A stretch of 64,000 nucleotides of DNA from Mobula hypostoma (taxonomy: Eukaryota). The stretch is from the NCBI RefSeq assembly GCF_963921235.1, contig NC_086109.1, positions 21,392,001-21,456,000 of the forward strand, written 5' to 3'. The notes under the pieces were generated by a model. That model saw only the letters and a program-made list of their open reading frames with translations, was not told the DNA's origin and searched no databases. The first letter of the stretch is position 1; each line of letters starts with the position of its first letter. Shown one piece after another: positions 10,752-23,285 of this stretch. Made by a program: the position numbers and the translations under genes.

Positions 10752-11462
10752 GAATTGATTGTGGACTTCAAGAAGGGGAAGAAGAGGGAACACACACTAG
10801 TCCTTATTGGTGGGGGGGGGGGGGCAGCAGTGGAAAGGGTGAGCAGTTTCAAGTCCCTGGGTGTCAACATCTCTGAAGATCTAACCTGGGCCCAACATAC
10901 TGATGCAATATAAAGAGGGCACGCTGGTAACTATATTTCATTCAGAGTTTGAAGAGATATGGCACGTCACCAAAGACTCCATCAAATTTCTATGGATGTA
11001 TTGTGGAGAGCATTTTAATTGGTGGCAACATCTAGTATGAAGGGGGACACGGTACAGGGTCAGAAAAAGCTGCAGAGGGTTGCAAACTCCCGCAGGTCCA
11101 TCACAAACATTAGCCTCCCCACTGTTGAGGACATTTCAAAAGGCAATGCCTCAAAAAGGTGACATCTTTCATTAAGGACCCCACCATCCAAGGACATATC
11201 CTCTTCTCACTGTTAACATCAGAGAGGAGATACAGGAGCCTGAAGACACACACTCAACATTTTATGAACAACTTCTTCCCCTCTGCCACCAGATTCTGAA
11301 TGGACAGTGAATCCATGAACACTATTTTTTTGCTCTCTTTATGTAGTAGTTATTTAATGTTTTAATATGTTAATTATCTTTTACAATATATTATGAATTT
11401 TGCACTGTACTGCTCCTGCCATAAAGCAACAAATTTCACAACATAATAAACCCGATTCTGTT
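10752..11462 (+). mobile_element. Rex1/Babar 3' fragment
   Basis: gaattgattgtggacttcaag, ttcaagtccctgggtgtcaacatctctgaagatcta, aataaacccgattctg tail. Confidence 0.85.
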
Positions 11463-11902
11463 TCTGAAAAACAAAAATTGAGGAACAGCTAAACATGGGC
11501 AGAAGAAAGCTACAAAATTCCATCTGATTTCTTTCTGATGGTGGCCACATCTTTCGAATTATTTAATTGGTGGAAAGGCCAGTTTGGATGCCCATAACAG
11601 GAAGTCTTAAAACTGGAGTTCTATTTGTCGTCTGCCTTTCATTCTTTCCTTTGGAGTCACTATGGTCACTGGAAAATGATATTCAAAAAGAGTGGAAAAT
11701 TAATAATGTTGCCCTTTTGCCCAGAATGGATTTCTACCAGTATCCCACAGGAAAGATCTCCCTTGCAATTGTTAGCACTTGGAAAAACAGCTAAGTATAG
11801 TTATAGTACTTCTCTAGTGGATTAGAGTCGGTGTGGATTAGATACGTCAAAAAGCCCGTGGCAGGGAACAAGGCTGAGCTCAGCAGCTGGAGAGTCAGCA
11901 TG

Positions 11903-12100
11903 GTTCATAGCACTTGGCATCATGCTATCATTGCACTAGTGTTCTGGCCTCTGTCTGTAAGGAGTTGGTATGTTTCCTCCAGGTGCTCCAGTTTCCTCTC
12001 ACGTTCCAAAGGCGTACAAGTTAGTAAGTTAATTGGTCACATGGGTGTAATTTGGCTCATGGATTTGTCGGGTTGGAAGGGCCTGATACTGTGCTAAGTA
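11903..12100 (+). mobile_element. V-SINE-like element, internally deleted
   Basis: tttcctccaggtgctccagtttcctctcacgttccaaag core. Confidence 0.7.
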
Positions 12101-12689
12101 AAAGTTGTGGGTCAGTGTGCACCCTAAACCTGAGCACCTTATTCAGGCCAGTTTTCACAATTGTTCTGTTGCCAGTTTTTAACTAGCCCCTTGCACAAAA
12201 GCTAAATAATTTAGCAAGTAATGCGGGGAGTTATGACAGCACTAACTTGAGGGCTAATCATTGATCAAGACTTTAGCGAGACCTCTTGAGCTCTTCTTTG
12301 AAACAGTGCCACATGATCTTTCCAGCAGGGTGCTGTCAGATGATATTAACCCAGTGTGGTTGGAGGGAAGGCTGAATAGATCCTGTGAAGAACCTTCGAA
12401 TGACTTTGCTGCCTATAACTTAAAATCTTTGTTGGCGTCTACATATAGTGAATCAAAGGAAGTTAAGATTGAATACATGCAAAATAAAGTGCTTCCGTCT
12501 CCGTCATCCCAACCCGCCATCGAGAACACTGTCAAAAAGGCAGCATCCAGTATTAAGGACTCTTACCATCCAGAATATGCCCTCATTGCTTTACAGGAGC
12601 CTAAAGATCCACATTGAACACCTTGGGGACAGTTTCTTCCCCTTCACCGTCAGGTAGTAATTTTTATGTCTTGTACTGTACTATAACAA

Positions 12690-14270
12690 AAAACATAGAA
12701 CAGTATAGCACAGTACAGGCACTTCGGCCCACAATGTTGTGCTGACCTGTATAAAGCAACAGCACAATCAATCTAACCCTTCCCTCCACACAGCCCAAAA
12801 CCTTCCATTTTTCTTACAACCATGTGCCTACTGTTGTATCAGCCTCTACCAACCATGCTTATCAGTGCTTTCCAAAGACTAACCACCCTTTTTTTAAAAT
12901 CTCCTCTCTTAAACTCTTCTCTACTCCCCTTAAATGGGTGTCTTCTGGTATTGGCCATTGGTGGCTGGTTGTCCACTATATTTATGTGTCTCATAATTTT
13001 ATACACTTTTATCAAGTTGCCTTCCATCCTCCATTGCTCCAAGGAGAAAAGCCCTAGTTCGCTCATCCTTTCTTCAAAAGAAATGTGCTCTAATCCAGGT
13101 AGCATCCGAGTAAATCTGCACCATCTCTAAAGCTTCCATGTCGTTCCTATAATGAGGCAAACTGATCTGCACACAATACTCCAGATGTAGTCTAATCAGA
13201 GTTTTATAGAGGTGCATCATTACTTCAAGACTATTGAAGGTCAACATATCATACAACTTCTTAACCACTCTATCTACTTGTGCAGTAAGGTCCCTCTGTT
13301 CCTCCACACTGATTAAAATCCTGCCATTAACGTTGTCCTCCACCTTCAAGTTCAGCCTTCCAAAGTGTAGCTTTCATATTTCTCTGGATTGTGCTCCATC
13401 TTCCACTTCTCTGTCCATCTCTGCATCGAGTCTATATCCTGCTGTAACCTATGACAATCTTCTACACGATCCACAACACTTCAGACCTTCATGTCATCTG
13501 CAAATTTGCTAATCCACTTTCTCATCCAAGTCATTTATAAACATCACGAAGAGCACAATAGATCCGTGCAGAACACCATTAGTCACTGACCTAGTGGCAG
13601 AATATGCTCCATCTACTACCACACTCTGTCTTCTGTGGGCAAACCAATTCTGAATACACACAGCAAAGGTTCCATGCATCCCATTCCTTGTGGCTTAAAA
13701 TCCACATATACCACATTGCCTTCATTAACTTGTTTTGTTTTCTCCTCTTAAAATCTTTGTCAGGCTTGTGTGGCATGATTTACCCCTCACAATGTCATGC
13801 TGACTCTCCCTAATAGGTCTATGATTCTTCAAATGCTCATAAGTCCTGTTCCTAAGAATCTTCTCCAATAGTCTACCAGCAAAAATGTCAGAATCACTGG
13901 TCTATAATTCCCAAGATTATCCCTGTTACTTTTCTTGAACAACAGAACCTCATTTGCAATCCTCCAATTGACCGGTACCAGTCCTGTGGACAAGGGGGAC
14001 ACCTAATTCAACGTCAATATGCTAGCTATCTCTTTCCTTGCTTCCAATAGTAACCTTGGATATATTCTGTCTGAGCCCATTGATTTATCTATCCTAATGT
14101 TTTGTAGAAGCCTCCAATGCTACCTCCTTCTTAACTTCAATATCTTCGATCACATTAGCTTGTTCCACCCTACATTTGTTAAAGCCTATCTCTTTGGCAA
14201 ACACTGAAGCAAAGTACCTACCTCCTCCACCTCCAGGCACGTTTCCCCCTTTATTCCTGAATGGCCCTAC
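12690..14270 (-). mobile_element. CR1 LINE RT/3' fragment (about 1.6 kb)
   Basis: Minus-strand frames HLYKTLIRLHLEYCVQ and SELGLFSLEQWRMEGNLIKVYKIMR; YFASVFAKE near 14200; aacatagaac tail at 12690; a short plus-strand Rex1 piece precedes it (12490-12690). Confidence 0.9.
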
Positions 14271-14467
14271 TGCCGCCGTAAAACAACACATTTCCCAATG
14301 TGCGTCGGGTTTAGTAAAACTCATTCTGATTCTGAAGTGTGAGAAAGGCAATAGATCCTGTCAGAGGCACTGAAATGGCGAGACCAGAGTTCAAGGCCTA
14401 GTGTTCAGGGTCCGAGTCATGGAGAGTCTGGAGTTTGAGGCCTGAAGTTTGGGGTCCTGATTCACTG

Positions 14468-14560
14468 CGGACATCCGACCCTGCAAAAACTCATTTCAGG
14501 GAGATAGCACCATCAATTTGCGGGAGACTCCCGGAACTTCCGGGAGAGGTGGGATGTCTG
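14468..14560. mobile_element. Small MITE-like element
   Basis: Terminal inverted repeats cggacatccgacc / ggtgggatgtctg; internal palindrome ctcccggaacttccgggag; flanks tcactg / tcattg. Confidence 0.45.
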
Positions 14561-14593
14561 TCATTGTCATTGGCGAGTCCTGAGGTTGATACC

Positions 14594-14824
14594 TGTAACT
14601 TGAAAACATTAAACAAATTCAAATTGTGATCCCAAACGGGTCTAACTATTGAGTTTACTTTAAGCGAGGAGCGCATGGGTCACGTGGTATCATTATGACG
14701 TATGGAATTCATTTACTTATACATATAACCCTTAATGAATTATGTAAATGAACAAGAATGCTCAATCAACCAATATAAATATACAATACCACTCAAATGT
14801 TTATTAAATATTAAATACGCAACA
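14594..14824 (-). mobile_element. Solo LTR, 231 bp, probably Gypsy-type
   Basis: TGTTG...TTACA ends on the minus strand; 5-bp flanks atacc / atact; AGTAAA followed by T-rich U5-like sequence; interrupts another dispersed repeat. Confidence 0.65.
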
Positions 14825-15792
14825 ATACTGAAGATCAAAGCCCAAAAATCGATCCAAAGTCCAGAGGTCTGTAGAAGCCTCCGTGAGTCCACTGGGGAAG
14901 CCGAACCCAATGTCGTCAGATGCAGGAGTCCGCTGGAGTTTGGAAGTAGCCTGTCCTGAGGTTGGAGGACTGTGTATATACATTATGTGGGTGGGCTGGT
15001 GTTAGTGAGGAGCTGGACTTGTTTTGTTGCCTCGTGTATTTCGTTTTCTTGTGTTCTGTGTTCTGCTGTGCATTGAGGGCACGCTATACTGGCGCCCCCG
15101 ATTGTGCGGCGACCCTTGTGGGTTGGATTCGTTGTTAACTTGAATATACATTTCACTTTATGTTTCAATAAACCGGAGTATGAGTCTGAATAATTTGCAA
15201 TTACCTTGACTAAACTCTGTGATGTCTGTGGGAAAAATTAGTGCAAAAATGTGATCCTGCACATAAACTTTATTCTAACCCTTGGCAAATTTGAAAAATT
15301 ATTTCCTTAACAGTACAATCCAGACAGTTAAACACCTACTGAAATCAAATGGCTAGCAATCTCAAGTTCCATTTCCTGCTATTGACTAATAGTTTAATAT
15401 CTACTTTGCACTTACCAACAAAAAACTACAGACTGCCTCATTCATGTTTATTTAATACCCAATCATTCATGGCCACTAAGCGGGAGAAAGGAATTACAGG
15501 CAGGCTGTGTTTTTGAGTTTGAGATTTACACTTAATGTCCCATGAGTTGTCTAATCAGCGATTTCTTCACTCATTCGGTGCAGTTCCACCAACCTCCCAA
15601 TCATAAGTGTTAATGTTTTTCCTGCACCTACACATACTCTAGTTTACACTGTAATTGGGATTCCAAATGAGTTAGTGAGATAGGGGAGGTCTCTCCTTCT
15701 AATTATTATCCACTGACCACCTTGAGTGTTGATCCACGGTTTATCTTGACACACGGAACTACGATAAAAGTACCAAAAAAAAGTGTCACTTA

Positions 15793-16350
15793 CACTCAGC
15801 AGCCATTTCATTAGGTATCTCCTGTGCCTAGTAATGTGGTCGCTGAGTATATGTCCGTGGTCTCCTGCTGCTGTAGCCCATCCACTTCATGGTTCGACAT
15901 GTTGTGCATTCAGAGATGCTCTTCCGCACACCGCTGTTGTAATGCATGGTCATTTGAGTTACTGTTGCCTTCCTGTCAGCTTGAACCTGTCTAGCCATTC
16001 TCCTCTGATCCTCTGACCTCAATTCATTAACAAAATTGTTGCTCAGTCATTGGTTTTTATTTTGCACCATTCTCTGTAAATTCTAGAGACTGCTCTGCAT
16101 GAAAATCCCAGGAGATCAGCAGTTTCTGAGATACTCAAACCACCCCATCTGGCACCAATGATCATTCCACGGTCAAAGTCATTTAGATCGCATTTCTTCC
16201 CCATTCTGATGTTTGGTCTGAACAACAGCTGAACCTCTTGACCATGTCTGCATGCTTTTATGCAATTGAGATTCTGTCACATGATTGGCTGATTAGGTAT
16301 TTGCAATAATGAATAGGTGTATAGGTGTACCTAATAAAGTGGCCACAGTG
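15793..16350 (-). mobile_element. Internally deleted Tc1 transposon
   Basis: TIRs ta|cactcagcagccatttcattaggta and tacctaataaagtggccacagtg; transposase N-terminus MGKKCDLNDFDRGMIIGARWGGLSISETADLLGFS. Confidence 0.9.
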
Positions 16351-16606
16351 TGTTACAATATCTTTCCTAAACCTCTGCAATCAGTTTTCTTTCAAATTGG
16401 GCTAATTGATAAGCCTGGAGCCCCGTGTCTCAGACCAGTGGTATTTTGTGTTATGTTGGGGTTCTTATATCTAACAGGGGTCCACTATCTGACAAAGTTT
16501 GGATCTTAGACCTGGGACCACTTATAACACTGCAGGCCCATGTCAGACTGGGTTTCATCCCCGAAGCAGACTGAAACTTTTATACTGTATATATGTTTGT
16601 TTGTTT

Positions 16607-16898
16607 CCTTATTTGTTTGTTTATTTAGTGATACACACAGAATAGGCCCTTCCGGCCCTTTGGGCTGTGCTACCCCAACAACCCAAACATAACCCTAACC
16701 TAATCACAGGACAAATTACAATGCCCTATTAACCTACCCCGTGCGTCCTTGGAATGTGGGAGGGAACCATGGCATCCCAAAGAAAACCCATGCATTGCAC
16801 CTGCAGACTCCTTACATGCAACTCCAGAAATGAACTCTGAACTCTGACGCCCCAAGCTGCGACAGAATTTCGCTAACCACTGTGATATCGTGGCGGCC
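16607..16898 (-). mobile_element. V-SINE-like element
   Basis: gtccttggaatgtgggagggaacc core, cgctaaccactg tRNA-like end, tttgtttatt tail. Confidence 0.7.
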
Positions 16899-17169
16899 CC
16901 TCAAGATGGTGCAGGTGAACCACGGCGACATGTTGTGGGCTGTTGGGAGGTGCCTGCACTTCTCTGGGGAGCTGTTTAATAGATCGAAGGTCAGAAGAGA
17001 GTTTGTGCGTCAGACAGAGAGTCTATAGATCAGATCTCTGGGAGTGGGTGTGGGTGTATCAGATTAGAATTGGTATTAACTGGGCGGAGTTCTGTATATC
17101 CAGTCAGAGTTCCGTGCATCAGTTTGAGAACAGGAATAACAGGATGAGAAAGGGCCATTGTATACATAA

Positions 17170-17346
17170 GAAAAATGCCAGAGGAACTCAGCAGATCTGA
17201 TCGGATCCCTGGAGAGGAATAAACAGTTGACGTTTCAGGCCGAAAACCTTCATTCCTCTCCATAGATGCTGCCTAACCTGCTGACTTCCTCCAGCATTTT
17301 GTATGTGTTGCTCCAGACTTCCAGCATCTGCGTATGTTTTGTGTCT
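17170..17346. mobile_element. Fold-back Penelope terminal-repeat insertion with 13-bp TSD
   Basis: TSD attgtatacataa at 17157-17169 and 17347-17359; left arm is the reverse complement of the right arm, with hammerhead sequence at the turn. Confidence 0.85.
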
Positions 17347-17981
17347 ATTGTATACATAATGCTGTTCCTGAGCACTGACTGCTGCAGCAATAGAAAGTAA
17401 GGCTAGTGTGCTGTGTTTATTTGAAAATGGTCTTTAGTATCAGTCTCTGGTGACTTTCTTGGACAGTGTGAAATTGGAGTTAATAATATTTATCCAGAAT
17501 TGTTTCCTCGGTTTGCACTATACGCAGATCACTGATCAATAATACACAAAGAGTAATCAATGCAGGAGATTGGACATCATATTACACGCTGTGAAACCTA
17601 TTCAATCCAGCAGCTATCAGGGCTCTTAAAGGGCAATATCATCATGGCAATCTTCTTCAGAAAAGGAATAATCATAGCAACCTTCTTCAGAAAAGGAATA
17701 GATTTAACCAGTTGTTGCAAGAATGAGTGAAATTTGCATTATGAAGCAATTTGGCAGTAAGACCCTTTGAGAACAAACACAATGTACAAAACATGGCTGA
17801 CAAGTTGTGCACAGTAAGTCTCCACACTTATCAGTGAGCCGAATGATAAGGTATTCTGTCAGAAGAGAGGCTGAATCTTTCTTCTCCATGATCAAAGAGT
17901 CTTAGGACCTGACACCCACACGATTAAAGGAACGCTGGTGGCTTTGGATGTGTAGATGACTGGAAACACTTAGCTACTCAC

Positions 17982-18056
17982 CTGTCGTTTCCATCAAGAG
18001 AGATGGTGTAGTAAAATCATCCCTGTTCCCTATGTCTTTTTTTTACACGCTGAACT
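17982..18056 (-). other. Candidate 75-nt non-coding or 5'UTR exon
   Basis: Strong acceptor ccctcttcattctttag and donor CAG|gtgagt; stops in all three frames, but ends ATGGAAACGACAG (possible start METT). Confidence 0.35.
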
Positions 18057-18224
18057 CTAAAGAATGAAGAGGGATTAATTGCACAAAGAATGCAGAGCTC
18101 CTGGCAGGCCAGACATTGAACATTGAACACTACAGGCCCTTCAGCCCACAATGTTGTGCTAACCTTTTAACCTGCTCTAAGATTAATCTAACCCTTCCCT
18201 TTGATAGAACATGGAACATTACAG

Positions 18225-18535
18225 AAAATAGACATGACATCTTCCAGGTTATTCATTAAATTAAGTTCCCACCTGCTTTCTTAGTGGATGTAAAAAATGT
18301 CATAACACTATTTCAAAGAGTTCTTCCTCATGCCCTGGGTAAAATTTATTCTTTGACGAACATCACCGACGTAAGATCAATATCTTAATAATGTTCGTTG
18401 GAGATCACTATATACAAATCAGTTGCTGTACTTCCTGAATGACAAGAGCACTGATATTTCAAAAGCCCTTCATTGTATGCAAAGTGCTTCAGTGTGGGAC
18501 TTTCTGAGATTATGATAGTTGATATGTAAAGACAT
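18225..18535 (+). mobile_element. Ancient Deu-domain SINE fragment
   Basis: gtggatgtaaaaaatgtcataacactatttcaaagag, aaatcagttgctgtacttcct, tgtatgcaaagtgcttcag. Confidence 0.55.
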
Positions 18536-18886
18536 CAGCTCAAGTGGGAATGGGATAGATGTAAATAATTCTCGGAGCTGTGATGAGAGTGGCTGAGAAA
18601 TGAACTGACTGGGTGCTGTTCAAAGAATCAGCAGGTTTTCAATGGACCAAATGGCTTCTTTCTATGCTGCAATGTTTCTGTGAGTCTATGTACATTCTTT
18701 TTATTTTTAAAACCTACCTGAGATGGTGGACTGTGAAGGATATCTATTAATAAAAGGAGAGAAACAGCTCGGGGCATTGACCCACCTTCTCTCAACCAAT
18801 TAATGCTCTACCCTGGTTGTGGCAGCTGCAGCCTCTCCTTTGACATTAGACACACATCCTGGGTGAGTAAAACAGGAGAATGTTCT

Positions 18887-19416
18887 GTACACCTGCTCAT
18901 TAATGCAAATATCTAATCAATCTATTATGTGACAGCAACTCCATGCATAAAAGCATGCAGAGGCGGTCAAGAGGACAGATGTTGTTCGGACAAAATGTCA
19001 GAATGGGGGAGAAATGTGATCTAAGTGACTTTGACCATGGAATGATCATGGGTGCCAGACAGGGTGGTTTGAGTATCTTAAAAACAGCATATCTCCTGGG
19101 ATTTTCATGCACAATAGTCTCTAGAGTTTACAGAGGATGGTGCAAAAAGCAAAAGAGCATCCAGCGAGTGGCATTCTGTGGGCAGAAACACCTTGTTAAC
19201 AAGAAAGGTCAGAGGAGAATGGGTAGACTGATTCAAGCTGACAGGAAGATGGTTATTAGTTCGAATAATCACACAGTACAACAGTGGTACGCAGAAAAGT
19301 ATCCCTGAACGCAGAGCACGTCGATCCTTGAAGTGGATGGGCTACAACAGCAGAACATATGCTCAGTGGCCATTTTATTAGGTACAGGATGTACCTAATC
19401 AAGTGGCCATAGAGTG
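18887..19416 (+). mobile_element. Internally deleted Tc1 transposon (same family as 15793, opposite orientation, left TIR lost)
   Basis: MGEKCDLSDFDHGMIMGARQGGLSILKTAYLLGFS; right TIR tacctaatcaagtggccatagagtg|ta. Confidence 0.9.
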
Positions 19417-20412
19417 TATCTAGAAAGGTTTCTGTAGATCTACTGTACAGTGACCACGAGGAAGACAGATATTCTGATCAGCATTTTTACCAGCCTTGTG
19501 CTCAAGAGATCACCCTAAGTAATTATCAACCCTTTGCGGAAAATTGGAAAAAAATATACCTTAAAGTTTCCAAGATTACTTACAGATCCTGACTTAATAA
19601 AATTATTTCGGTAAGTCATGAGCTGATGTCATGAAGAAAATCCACCACAATCATATACTCCTTGCAGCCAGCACTTAAAAGCAAAACAGGTGACTGAAAC
19701 AGAACCTTTGAGTGAATGGTTTAATACACTGACTACAGCAAATTACTTCACATACTGCGGCAGGCAATTTCCTGAATTTAATCTAAATCAGAGCACAACA
19801 TGCGAAAGTAATGCTTACATTAATGCAAACAAGTATTACAGAACAGAAATAATTTGTATTAATTTTCTACTCACCGGGGGGAAGAGAGGGAAATTAGTGT
19901 GGAGAATGAGAAGTATTTTAATTCTGAAGACAGGTGTAGCACTGCTTAGGTGCAGGGTAAATCTTCCTCAGCGCTGTTTCTATCAAACATTCCCAAGACA
20001 GGGGTAGCTGAGGTTAGACATATTGTAAAAGTATGCCTCGGTTACTATTCCATTAAATATTCCCAGTGGAGGAACTGCACCAGCTGTATACAATGTAAAG
20101 CTGTCCGTCTGCTTCCGTATCAGACATTCCCAGGGCAGGCATAGAATGGATACACTGTAATTGCGAACTTTGACTTTATCTAGCCTCCTCTGTACCTCTG
20201 TCAAGGGAATGCTGTAAGATGATACCTGAACTGATTTTGCATTACGCCTGAGGTTTTATGCTCCTCTCTGAGTTCGAAGAGGGCATGGTTATATATTTTG
20301 CAAAACTCTCTTCCCACACTTTCATCAATCAGTCGCCAAGCAAGAACAGCAGAGGTTAGGTAGAAAGCACCCTCAGGTCAGATACAGAATGCAGAGGTAC
20401 AATAGAATGCAT

Positions 20413-20720
20413 AGGGGTGGCACAGTAACGTAGCGGTTAGCACAACGCTTTACAGTGCAGGTGACCCAGGATCCATTCCTGCCACTGCCTGTGAGGAGTC
20501 TGTACGTTCTCCCCATGGCCACGTGGGTTTCCTCCGGGTGCTCCAGTTTCCTCCCACAGTCCAAAGACGTACCAGTTGGGAAATTAATTGGCCATTGTGT
20601 GTTGTCCAGTGATACACACTGGATGGACATCATCCAGTGATGGGTTAAATCGGGGGTTGCTGGGTGATGCAACTCAAAGGGCCCGAAGGGCCTGCTCTGC
20701 ACAGTATCTCAATAAATAAA
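20413..20720 (+). mobile_element. Full-length V-SINE-like element
   Basis: A-box tggcacagtaacgtagcggttagc, V core gtgggtttcctccgggtgctccagtttcctcccacagtccaaagac, CR1-like tail gggcccgaagggcctg...caataaataaa. Confidence 0.9.
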
Positions 20721-21257
20721 CTAAAAATATCAAAAACCCTGTAAGCCTTCTCCCAAGGCAGGTAAAATGTTATTTGGATAGAGGGTTAAGCAGCTTCCAT
20801 GCTACCTGACTGTGCCTCTATTTGCTGACCAAAAGGAATAGCCACGTGTTGCAATCAACTGATTGTATATCACGTCAGAATTAATTTGGAGAATGGTAAT
20901 CATTGAAGGAAAGGCACAAAAAGAACAATGATAATCCATTTTAAAAAGTCATTACCATTGCCTGCTTAATACTGACATATATTCTAATTAATGAAAACAA
21001 CAGGTGGTCCTTAGATAATTAATGTTGGCCTGAACATTTTTATCCTGGTGATTACTGATTTTTCACTTCAATAAAATTATACCTAAACCTATCATGCACC
21101 TTATCTGGATTTGACTGGAGAACTATGGCTGTTATTAAAATTCTGTATGTATGGGTATCAAAACTACTGGTTGTCATTGCTTCATCATCATGCCTAGATT
21201 ATATTGAAGTCTGGATGATTTTGCACAAATATAGTTCAGGATTCATGCTTTTTTTCA

Positions 21258-21855
21258 GAGTAACACACATGAAATGATGGAGGAACTCAGCAGGCCAGGC
21301 AGTATCTATGGAGAGGAATAAAAAGTTGATGTTTCAGGCTGAGAGTCTTCCTCAGGACTGGAAAGTAAGAGGGAAGAAGCCAGAATAAGAAGGTGAGGGC
21401 AGGGGAAGGAGTACAAAATGGCAGGTGATAGATGATACCAGGTGAGGGGGAAGGTAGGTGGGTGGGGAGGGGGAATGAACTGAGAAGGTGGGAGGTGAGA
21501 GGTGCGAAGTGTGAAATGTTGAAGAAGGAATCTGATGGGAGAGAGGAGTAGACCATGGGGGAGAGGGAAGGAGAACGGGCACCAGAGGGAGGCGATAGGC
21601 AGGTGAGGAGAAGAGAAAGGATGAGAGGAAAGCCAGAATTGGCAAATGGAAAAAGAGAGATGGGGGAAGGGAAGAAATCTCCAGGAGTTAGAGAAATTGA
21701 AGTTCATGCTGGGGGTTGGGGGCTACCCAGACAGACTACTTGCTTCTCCAACCTGAGAGTAGTCTTATCATCTCAGTAAAGGAGGCCGTGGACCGACATG
21801 TAGGAATGGGAATGGAAAGGGGAATTAAAATGATTGGCCACCGAGAAATATTTTC
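21258..21855 (-). mobile_element. Penelope-like 3' region
   Basis: Colinear with 53877-54445; decayed hammerhead at about 21323-21360. Confidence 0.85.
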
Positions 21856-22228
21856 TTTATTTTGAAATTTTCATCATAAATTCCTGCATCAATATTTCTA
21901 ATGTCAGTTGTCTTGGTGGGTCCCTTGTTATTTCTTTAATTTACTAATCTAGAAAATAGTACAGGTTGATGCTATTGCTGTTTATTTGGTTTGCCTGGTC
22001 CGTAGAAACATTAAAGATCTCTTAGTCCTTTTGCAGGGTTTGACTTGCAGGTGACCTTTTACCTCCACAGATGCCGTCTGACCCTTTGAGTTCTTCCTGC
22101 ATTCCGTCCTTGTTAAGGACCTCCATGACCTTCATATTATCCCAGACATACGCATTTCAAAATTCCAGTTAATAATAGGTTGCACATTAGATAGTATGGG
22201 TGAACGATGGGCAAATCTCTCCAAAGTA

Positions 22229-22580
22229 CCACATACAAAATGCTGGAGGAACTGAGCAGGTCAAGTAACATCTATGGAAGTTAATAAACTGTCGACATTT
22301 CTGGCCGAGACCCTTCTTCAGAACTGAAATGAAAGCGGGAAGACGACAGGATAAAAAGGTAGGGAGAGGGGAATGAGGCTAGCTGGAAGGTGATAGGTAA
22401 ATCAGAATTAAAATATTTGGCCACTGTGAAGTTCTGCTTTTGGCAGATGGAGTGGAGGTGCTTGATGAAGTCGTCCCCCAATTTACGAATGGTCTCACCA
22501 ATGTAGAGGGGGCTGCATTGAGGGCACTGGACACAATAGACAACCCCAGCAGTTTCACAGGTGAAGTAAATGACCCCAGC
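22229..22580 (-). mobile_element. Penelope-like GIY-YIG fragment plus terminal repeat
   Basis: FTCETAGVVYCVQCPQCSPLYIGETIRKLGDDFIKH; decayed hammerhead at about 22288-22326. Confidence 0.9.
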
Positions 22581-22779
22581 AGATCTCACCAAAGTTCTCT
22601 GCCCCTTGCTGACTTTTAGCTTCACTCCAAACAATTCTTCTTGATTTTCTGCGCTGTGATCTTTTCTTTTTAAAGCTCTTATGTTGTCCTTTACTGATAG
22701 GGTGACTGCTTTTCTAGTTTACTTGCCCCTTTTAAAGGTCAAGTATCCGGAAAGTGTTGCAATGAGTTGAGAGTGCATA

Positions 22780-23285
22780 GTCAGAATCAGAATCAGGTTT
22801 ATTAGCACTGATATATGACATGAAATATGTTGCTTTGAAACAGCAGTACAATGCAAGATGTAAAAATGCATAAAAATTACCATAAGTTACCAAAAAAATG
22901 CAAAAATAAAGCAGGGCTCATGGGTTCATGGACCATTCAGAAACCTGATGGAAGGAGGGAAGAAGCTGTTCCAGAATCATTGAGTATGGTCTTCAAGCTC
23001 TTGTACCTCCTCCTTGATGGCGGTAACATATGGAAGGCATTTCCCAGATGGTTAGGGTCTTTAATAACGGATGCCACCTTCTTGAGGCATTGGCTCTTGA
23101 AGATATCCTCAACAGCAGGGATGGTTGTGCCCGTGATGAAACCAGCTGAGTCTACAACCCTTCGCAAGCACTTGCGAATTTGCATGTTTGAGCCTCTATA
23201 CCAAGCAATGACACAACTAGTCAGAATGCTCTCCACTGTACATCTGTTGAAATTTGCAAGAGATTTTGGTGACGTGCCAAATCTC
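22780..23285 (-). mobile_element. Rex1/Babar 3' fragment
   Basis: ESILTSCVIAWY...ASVIKDPNH...LPPSRRRYKSLK; tcagaatcagaatcagg tail. Confidence 0.85.

Noticed and set aside
17641..17700. 30-bp tandem duplication (also 27-bp at 3368-3421)
   Set aside because: Real, but two-copy local duplications with no sign of function
19586..19610. 25-nt plus-strand microexon (ttacag...TCG|gtaagt)
   Set aside because: Frame-shifting length, weak pyrimidine tract, no partner exons
20413..20490. tRNA gene (also 5870-5945 and other SINE heads)
   Set aside because: A/B boxes are present but I see no complete cloverleaf, and each continues into a SINE body
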